DNA of 63,915 bases, the filler included, from an uncultured bacterium (GTDB lineage Bacteria > CAYJRR01): assembly GCA_964372275.1 (NCBI GenBank). It is 9 parts of 9 records of this genome, joined end to end, with 100 filler letters (N's around TTAATTAATTAA, not from the genome) between each part and the next. Parts side by side here need not be neighbours in the genome. Positions count along the whole stretch, not along the records: positions 54,153 to 61,143 come from CAYJRR010000179.1; positions 61,244 to 63,915 come from CAYJRR010000223.1; 7 more parts are not named here. One strand, 5' to 3'. How positions within the stretch are numbered: position 1 is the first letter of the stretch; each line of letters opens with the position of its first letter. Shown in pieces: positions 57,805-63,915 of this stretch. Under the pieces are notes generated by a model. It did not search any database and was not told the DNA's origin. It saw nothing but the letters and a program-made list of their open reading frames with translations. Position numbers and translations under genes: made by a program.

Positions 57805-59235
57805 ATGAAACGAGGCCTCCCCGTTGCCGCCGCGATCGCGGCGGCGTGCCTCCTCCCGACGTCGGCCCTCGCGGGACCCGCCGGGAGGATCACGCGCGTT
57901 CGTGCGGCGACGGCCCGTGCCGCCGCGGCCGATGCGGCGGGCCCGCTGCTCGCCGAGATCGTCGGCGTCGAACCGGCCGCGCCGAACTTCCTCGAACCGG
58001 CCGCGATCGCGCTCGGTGACTTCTCGCTCGAATGGGTCGGAGAGCCGGTCGCCGACGTCCGCGTCTCGCTCGAGCCCGAGAGCCTGCAATGGGTCCGCGT
58101 CGACGACGTGCTCCGGTTTCCGCGGGCCCGTTTCCTCGTCGAGGCGGAGGGGATCGAGGCGGGGCAGGTGGCGGCCGCCGGATTCGAGACGCCGCTCCAT
58201 GCCGCCGGTCCGCGGTGGCGCGCCGCCATCCTGGTGCCGCTCCTCGCCGGCGAGCGCAATCCGATCGAGGTCGTGGTTCGCCGCGGAGGGACCGAGACGG
58301 CCGGCGTGGTGCGGATCCGCTACCGGTCGCCGCGCGACGGCGGCGGACCCGCGCTCGTCGACACCACCTGCTCCTCCTACGGCGTGCGGCTCGAGCCGGT
58401 CTCCCTCCCGGTGGACTCCTGGATCTACGTCGGATGCCGGATGGTCACGGCCTCCGCGATCGACCACCGCACCTCCAGCCTGGAGCTGCGGGTCTTCTGG
58501 GAGGGGGTCGGGGACGCCGTTCGCGTCGACGGGATCGAGACCTCCTCGGGCGGCGACGGCGTCTGGGACCTGCGCCTCTCCGCCGCGCCGGGACGGGTCG
58601 ACATCGCGGTCGACCGCGCCGACGGCGGCGTCGGCGGCGGGACGATCCACTACCGCGTGCCCGAGCGCCCGACGAAGGCGTTCCTCGGTTTGGGGGTCGG
58701 TCCCTACTACAACGTCTTCGACGGCGCGGGACGCGACGACCGCGCGATCGCGCCGGTGGTGACGGTCTACGCGTCGTACGCGATCTCCAACCTCTCCCGG
58801 CTGGTCGCCTTCAACGCCACGCCGCTCCAGCTTCGCGGCGACGCCCGATACACCTACTCCGACACGGGCCTCTACCTGCAGCGTCGCACCTCCGACGCGC
58901 TCGACCGGCGACTGTCGGGGAACGTCTTCCTCGGCGCGCACGCCGTCGTCTTCGAGTCGCGCGGCATGCCGACGGTGCGGATCAGCGCGCCGCAGGGGGC
59001 GGAGTTCAAGGTGCGCGATCTGGGCCGCGTCGGCTGCGATCTGCTCGTCGGGGGCCTGATCAACCCCGGCATCGGCGGTCGCGCCTACTACAACGGATGG
59101 ATCCGGTGGGGGGGCGCCCGTCTGTTCGTGGAGGTGAACTACATCGGTTGGCGGGAGACCTCCGCCGAAGGGGAGGAGATCGACCTGCGCAGCGTCGGCC
59201 TGTCGATCGGAGGTCCGCTGCTTCGCTTCCTGTGA
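57805..59235 (+). CDS. Hypothetical exported protein with probable C-terminal beta-barrel
   Basis: Signal peptide ending SALA; amphipathic aromatic strands in the C-terminal ~190 aa. Confidence 0.6.
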   Translation: MKRGLPVAAAIAAACLLPTSALAGPAGRITRVRAATARAAAADAAGPLLAEIVGVEPAAPNFLEPAAIALGDFSLEWVGEPVADVRVSLEPESLQWVRVDDVLRFPRARFLVEAEGIEAGQVAAAGFETPLHAAGPRWRAAILVPLLAGERNPIEVVVRRGGTETAGVVRIRYRSPRDGGGPALVDTTCSSYGVRLEPVSLPVDSWIYVGCRMVTASAIDHRTSSLELRVFWEGVGDAVRVDGIETSSGGDGVWDLRLSAAPGRVDIAVDRADGGVGGGTIHYRVPERPTKAFLGLGVGPYYNVFDGAGRDDRAIAPVVTVYASYAISNLSRLVAFNATPLQLRGDARYTYSDTGLYLQRRTSDALDRRLSGNVFLGAHAVVFESRGMPTVRISAPQGAEFKVRDLGRVGCDLLVGGLINPGIGGRAYYNGWIRWGGARLFVEVNYIGWRETSAEGEEIDLRSVGLSIGGPLLRFL

Positions 59236-59273
59236 CTCGACCGGGCGGACGGAACCGCAGTAGACTCGGGGGG

Positions 59274-61028
59274 ATGACCCGACCACTTCGATTCTTCTTC
59301 GCCGCCGTTCTGTCCTGGGGGGCCGTCGGTTGCGCGCCCGACGACGAGCCTGGGACGGCCACGATCACCGAAGTGATCCCCTACTACGGCGCCACCGGCC
59401 AGCAGATCCGGGTTCTCGGCAAGGGGTTCCGCCGCGGGCCCGCGAGCGTCCTCTTCAACGGGATCAAGGCGGTCGACGTCGACGTCGTCTCCGACAAGGA
59501 GATCCGATGCATCGCCCCGGAAAGCGCGTTGGGTCCGGCCGACGTCGAAGTCTATTCGGGCGGCAACTCCGGCAGCGTCGAGCGCGGATTCATCTTCGTT
59601 TCGTCGGTCGACAACGATCCGTCCGGCGGGAGCGGCGCCAACGACGACTTCATCAACTCGCAGACGATCGCCATGGACTTCGACTTCCGAGGCTGGATCG
59701 GCGAGGACGGGGATCTCGACATCTACCACCTCCACACCAACCAGGTGGACGGCCGGCTGTTCGTCAGCGCCACCTGGAACGCGTCCTATTCGTCCGGCGG
59801 GTTGCTGGGGCTGCAGGTCGAGTTCTTCCACGGCCCGGATCCGGTGAACGGCGAGGACGCCTACTTCGGCGGCCAGATCGCCATCGCGGGGGACGGGGGA
59901 CCGGACGTGCCGGCGATCGAGGCGTGGTCCCGGTCGTTCTACTACGAGGACGGGCACGGGCCGTACATCCGCATCCGCGGCATCGGCGGGTCGAATCACG
60001 ACGGATTCGACGCGCTCTACGGCTACACGCTGCACGTCCGCTTCGACCCGTTCGAGCCCGGCGACCCGCCGAACGAGCTGCCGGAACCGGCTCCCTCTCG
60101 CGATAGCTTCCGACTCGCGGGACAGGCATTCGCGCTCTCGACGTCGGAGACGCTGTCGGTCACCAACGAACACCTGCTCGACGAGGACTTCGACTGGTAC
60201 CGGTTCGAGCCCGGCGCCGACGGGTGGTTGCGGTTCACGGTCTACGCCCCGGACGCGCCCGCGTACTTCCTGGACACCAGCGGGAGCCTGACGTTGATCG
60301 AGGCCAAGCTCCACTACGGAAACATCCTCGGCGACGAGCTGGCCGGAACGGTCGATCACGCCTACGTCATCCCCGGCGCGTCGACCCAGGTCAGCGACGT
60401 TCCCGGCGCCAGCGCCGCGCGGTTCGAGGTCGAGGACGTCGAGGCGGGGCTCGCCTACCTGTTGCGCCTCCGGAACACGAACTACCCGGAGCTGACGACG
60501 ATCACCACCGACACCTCGTTCGCGATGTCGTTCGACGTGGAGTACGGCGCCGGCGGGATCGAAGACGGCGACAGCCAGCCGTCGCCGGCCGATTCGGAGA
60601 TCGACGCAATCGATCTTGGAAACCTCGTCCTCAACACGCCGGTCAACTACAACGCCTATTCGTACCGCGATGGCGACGACGATTGGTTCACCTTCACCGT
60701 TCCGGTGGGTACGGTGAACCTGGTCGTCACCTGGAACGTCACCGACATCCGGACCGAAGTCGGCGACTACGACCAGGAAGACAATCCGCTCGGCGGCGGC
60801 TGGGGGGCGCTGGTGTTCAACCAGGCGTGGTACGACGCTCCGGGGCACACGTCGTCCTTCCTCGAGACGGTCGGTGGAACGGCCTACGACTACACGGTCG
60901 GCGATGGCGTGCGTTCGGTGACGATCCCGACACCGCCGGCCGGCGACTACTGGCTCCTCCTCGACACCGTGACGGGCCTGTCGATGACCAACGACTACAC
61001 CGTGACCGTCACCGCCTCGAGCACCTGA
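59274..61028 (+). CDS. Lipoprotein with IPT/TIG domain and three PPC-like domains
   Basis: AVGC lipobox; ITEVIPYYG..G.QIRVLGKGF..VLFNG; DLDIYHL, DFDWYRF, DDDWFTF. Confidence 0.75.
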   Translation: MTRPLRFFFAAVLSWGAVGCAPDDEPGTATITEVIPYYGATGQQIRVLGKGFRRGPASVLFNGIKAVDVDVVSDKEIRCIAPESALGPADVEVYSGGNSGSVERGFIFVSSVDNDPSGGSGANDDFINSQTIAMDFDFRGWIGEDGDLDIYHLHTNQVDGRLFVSATWNASYSSGGLLGLQVEFFHGPDPVNGEDAYFGGQIAIAGDGGPDVPAIEAWSRSFYYEDGHGPYIRIRGIGGSNHDGFDALYGYTLHVRFDPFEPGDPPNELPEPAPSRDSFRLAGQAFALSTSETLSVTNEHLLDEDFDWYRFEPGADGWLRFTVYAPDAPAYFLDTSGSLTLIEAKLHYGNILGDELAGTVDHAYVIPGASTQVSDVPGASAARFEVEDVEAGLAYLLRLRNTNYPELTTITTDTSFAMSFDVEYGAGGIEDGDSQPSPADSEIDAIDLGNLVLNTPVNYNAYSYRDGDDDWFTFTVPVGTVNLVVTWNVTDIRTEVGDYDQEDNPLGGGWGALVFNQAWYDAPGHTSSFLETVGGTAYDYTVGDGVRSVTIPTPPAGDYWLLLDTVTGLSMTNDYTVTVTASST

Positions 61029-61143
61029 TGGGCGACTCGAGCAAGTTCGATCCGTTTTCGAAGGGTCTCGAAGGGCTGCTCGGCAGGGCGGCCGAGGTCC
61101 TGGCGAAGGGGCGCGAGGAGCTGCTCAAGCAGTCGCGCATCGC
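61028..61143 (+). CDS. Hypothetical protein, N-terminal fragment
   Basis: TGATG coupling; MGDSSKFDPFSKGLEG... open to contig edge. Confidence 0.55.
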
Positions 61144-61243
61144 NNNNNNNNNNNNNNNNNNNNNNNNNNNNNNNNNNNNNNNNNNNNTTAATTAATTAAN
61201 NNNNNNNNNNNNNNNNNNNNNNNNNNNNNNNNNNNNNNNNNNN
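61144..61243. other. Artificial contig linker
   Basis: N run with TTAATTAATTAA. Confidence 0.99.
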
Positions 61244-61309
61244 ATCACCGCTCGGCGGCGGCTCGACGGCGAATCGGGGCGCGAGTTAATCGAGGACTCG
61301 ATCGACGAC

Positions 61310-61774
61310 CTACTGTGGGTGAGCGTCGCTCTTCGGCGGCCACTCGCCGAACAGGAGCGCCGCGAAGAAGAACGGGCCGATCAGCGCCTGCACCAGGTTG
61401 GTGAGGAAGGCGGGGCGCCGCTTCTCCCAGACGCTATGGCCGGCGAGCTGGATCGTCCAGCCGACGACCGCCACCGCGACGACCACCGGCCACGGCGTCA
61501 CCCATCCCACGGGAAAGCAGACGCCGTAGAAGACGGCCATCGCCGCCGCCAGCTTCGGGTGGAGCGTGACGTACCACACCATCGTCGCGAGGTAGACGGG
61601 GTGCGCGAGCGTCAGCGTGAAACCGCCCAGGTCGGCCAGCCCAACCCAGTCGAGCATCGCGACGATGTGGAAGACGATCATCGGGATCGCGATCTTGTGC
61701 GTGAGCTGGTTGATCGGGTGCCGGTGGAAGTCGGCGTAGGTGGCGAAATGTTGCGCGAGCGCCGGCTTGAGCAT
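61310..61774 (-). CDS. DUF962 / Mpo1-like membrane protein
   Basis: Y...HRHP.N...H.IAIP, GW.IQL.GH..WEKRRPAF..NL.Q.LIGP. Confidence 0.88.
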   Translation of the reverse strand: MLKPALAQHFATYADFHRHPINQLTHKIAIPMIVFHIVAMLDWVGLADLGGFTLTLAHPVYLATMVWYVTLHPKLAAAMAVFYGVCFPVGWVTPWPVVVAVAVVGWTIQLAGHSVWEKRRPAFLTNLVQALIGPFFFAALLFGEWPPKSDAHPQ

Positions 61775-61830
61775 CGAAAGTCCTCCGCGACCTGGCTTCG
61801 GCAGCGACGATGCTCGTATGCTTTGCCGCC

Positions 61831-62562
61831 GTGGACAAGTCCGCCGCCATCCTGGTCGTCGGCAACGAGATCCTCACCGGAAAGGTGGAGGAGTCGAACG
61901 CGCGCTGGCTTTCGGAGGAGCTGTTCTCGCTCGGGGTAAGGCTCAAGCGCATCGTGGTCGTGCCTGACGAGGTCGAGGTGATCGCGTCCGAGGTGCGGCA
62001 GATCCGGACGCAGGTCGACCACCTCTTCACCTCCGGGGGGGTCGGACCGACGCACGACGACCTGACGATCGCCGGGATCGCGGCGGCGCTCGGCCGCCCG
62101 GTGGTGCGCGTCGAGCCGCTGGCACAGCTCCTCCGTGGCCACTACGGCGACCGTTGCAACGAGGACGTCCTGCGGATGGCCGACGCCCCCGAAGGCTTCG
62201 AGCTGATCGCCTGCTCGGACCGACACTGGCCGGTGCTGTCGGTCGAGAACGTGGTGGTCCTCCCCGGCGTGCCGGAGATCTTCCGCCGAAAGTTCCAGTC
62301 GATCCGCGAGCGGTTCCGCACCGCGCCGTTCACCCTGGAGACGGTCTTCGTCACCCTCGACGAGGGGCTGCTCGCACCGACCCTGAACCGGGTGACCGCC
62401 CGGTTTCCGCGGGTGGCGATCGGCTCCTATCCGACGTTCTCCGATCCTCGGTACAAGGTGAAGGTCACGCTGGAGTCGAAAGACGGGACCGAGGTCGGCG
62501 AGGCGACGCGCTTCCTCCGCTCGCTCCTCGACCCGACCGCGATCGTCGCCGTCGAGGATTGA
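61831..62562 (+). CDS. CinA N-terminal-like molybdopterin-binding domain protein
   Basis: VGNEILTGKV, SGGVGPTHDDLT, LPGVP, IGSYP. Confidence 0.88.
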   Translation: MDKSAAILVVGNEILTGKVEESNARWLSEELFSLGVRLKRIVVVPDEVEVIASEVRQIRTQVDHLFTSGGVGPTHDDLTIAGIAAALGRPVVRVEPLAQLLRGHYGDRCNEDVLRMADAPEGFELIACSDRHWPVLSVENVVVLPGVPEIFRRKFQSIRERFRTAPFTLETVFVTLDEGLLAPTLNRVTARFPRVAIGSYPTFSDPRYKVKVTLESKDGTEVGEATRFLRSLLDPTAIVAVED

Positions 62563-62596
62563 CGCCACCGCAGGGCAACGGAGGCGGGACGCCCGA

Positions 62597-63025
62597 TCAC
62601 CACGCCCGGGCGGCGAAGAAGAGGAGCCAGAGGAGGCTCGTCGCGATCGGTAGACCGACGAAGGCGGCCCGGGCGCGGTAGCGGAAGATCCGCGTCAGTC
62701 CGTCCCCCCACGAATCGACGACGTAGAGGATGCGCCACGTGGCGTAGCCGAACAGGGCCGCGGGAACCAACCCGAACATCAGGGCGAAGCGCGTCGTCAG
62801 CGCGAAGGGCAGCTTCTCCGCGTGCCGCTCGCAGAGATCGCCGGAGCGCGAGAGATCGAGCCCCGCCCCGCCCCCTCCGGGCCGTGTCCACGCCAGCGGC
62901 GCCGTCGCCGGCGCGTCGCATCCCCACGCGGAGCAGGTCCCCGGAGCCGGCGCCGCGCGTGCAAACGTGGGCAGGGTCGGGACCGCCGCGAACAGGAGAA
63001 GCAGCGCCACGATTGCCCGGGCCAT
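62597..63025 (-). CDS. Hypothetical membrane protein
   Basis: Signal peptide, three Cys, two C-terminal TM segments; start uncertain. Confidence 0.5.
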   Translation of the reverse strand: MARAIVALLLLFAAVPTLPTFARAAPAPGTCSAWGCDAPATAPLAWTRPGGGGAGLDLSRSGDLCERHAEKLPFALTTRFALMFGLVPAALFGYATWRILYVVDSWGDGLTRIFRYRARAAFVGLPIATSLLWLLFFAARAW

Positions 63026-63038
63026 CGGCCCCCGTGCG

Positions 63039-63915
63039 TCACGCAAAGAGGTTCGTCCCCGTCATCTGCGGCGACGGAGGGATCCCCATGATCGCCAGCA
63101 GCGTCGGCGCGATGTCGCGTAGCGCGCCCGGGCGCATCGACGCCCCCTTGCGCGTGTCGTCGACCACGATCAGCGGCACGTCGCGCAGGGTGTGTTGGGT
63201 ATGCGGACTGCCGTCCTCGGCGATCATCTCCTCGACGTTCCCGTGGTCGGCGGTGATCATCGCCACTCCGCCGGCGTCGCGCGTCGCCTCCACCACCCGG
63301 CCGAGACAGGCGTCGATCGTCTCCATCGCCGAGACCGCCGCCGGCAGCACGCCGGTGTGACCGACCATGTCGGGGTTGGCGAAGTTCAGCACCACCAGCG
63401 CGAACTCGCCGCTCCGGATCCGCGCCACCGCCTCGTCGGTGACCCGCGGTGCGCTCATCTCGGGCTTCAAGTCGTAGGTCGCCACCTCGCGCGGGCTGGG
63501 GACCAGCACCCGTTCCTCGCCGGGATAGACCCGCTCTTCCCCGCCGTTGAAGAAGTAGGTGACGTGGGCGTACTTCTCCGTCTCGGCGATCCGCAACTGT
63601 TTCAGCCCGCGCTCGGCGATCCGTTCCGGAAGGATCCCCTCCAACGATTGCGGCCCGAACGCCGCCGGAGCCTCCTGCCCCTTTTCGTAGCGGGTCATCG
63701 TGGCGTACGCCGCGAGCGCCGGACGGCGGCCGGCGTCGAACTCGGCGAACGCCGGGCGGGTGAAGGCGGCGGTGAGCTGGCGCGCGCGATCGGCGCGGAA
63801 GTTCACGAAGAAGACGCCGTCGCCGTCGCCGATGCGCGGCGTCCCGGCGATCACCGTCGGCGCGATGAACTCGTCGGTCTCCCCACGCGCGTAGGCGGCC
63901 GAGACCGCCGCCGCC
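63039..63915 (-). CDS. gpmI: 2,3-bisphosphoglycerate-independent phosphoglycerate mutase, 5' truncated
   Basis: NFRADRARQ, AETEKYAHVT, NPDMVGHTG, TADHGN. Confidence 0.97.
   Translation of the reverse strand, partial: AAAVSAAYARGETDEFIAPTVIAGTPRIGDGDGVFFVNFRADRARQLTAAFTRPAFAEFDAGRRPALAAYATMTRYEKGQEAPAAFGPQSLEGILPERIAERGLKQLRIAETEKYAHVTYFFNGGEERVYPGEERVLVPSPREVATYDLKPEMSAPRVTDEAVARIRSGEFALVVLNFANPDMVGHTGVLPAAVSAMETIDACLGRVVEATRDAGGVAMITADHGNVEEMIAEDGSPHTQHTLRDVPLIVVDDTRKGASMRPGALRDIAPTLLAIMGIPPSPQMTGTNLFA

Noticed and set aside
7990-61243. Eight evenly spaced TTAATTAATTAA repeats in N runs
   Set aside because: Artificial all-frame-stop linkers between size-sorted contigs. Gene adjacency across them was not interpreted.

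Overview
This window is not one continuous locus. It is nine contigs of a very GC-rich bacterium, joined by 100-bp N linkers with a central TTAATTAATTAA and ordered by decreasing length (about 8.0 to 7.0 kb; the last is cut by the window end). A MYXO-CTERM-like anchor, deltaproteobacterial-type dcw and hprK-rapZ-PTS operons, and many acidic lipoproteins suggest Myxococcota or a related lineage (inference). Housekeeping genes: ftsW-murG-murC-murB-ddl-ftsQ-ftsA-ftsZ; hprK-rapZ-mannose-family PTS-ptsH-ptsI; partial asnS, lysS and gpmI. Accessory genes include a sugar ABC-trehalase-glycoside hydrolase operon, a Phd/PIN toxin-antitoxin pair and two paralogous FG-GAP lipoproteins. Best candidates for undescribed biology: (1) an operon of B-box-Yip1, B-box-TM-GspG-like (no prepilin site), membrane protein, DUF4129 and DUF4350 genes; (2) an aldehyde:ferredoxin oxidoreductase fused to a C-terminal MoaD/ThiS-GG domain, next to a triple His-motif lipoprotein; (3) a Sec-exported Gly/Ala beta-strand toxin-like protein with a small membrane ORF and a sigma-54 activator lacking a sensory domain; (4) an LPMO-like MYXO-CTERM protein in a low-GC segment that switches at domain boundaries; (5) widespread TANNNT hexamers 6-9 nt before start codons, suggesting leaderless mRNAs. 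The end of contig 6 overlaps the start of contig 1 in frame, which rebuilds a TatT-DctP pair. I saw no rRNA, tRNA, CRISPR array or transposase. All family names are motif recognition by eye, not database results.
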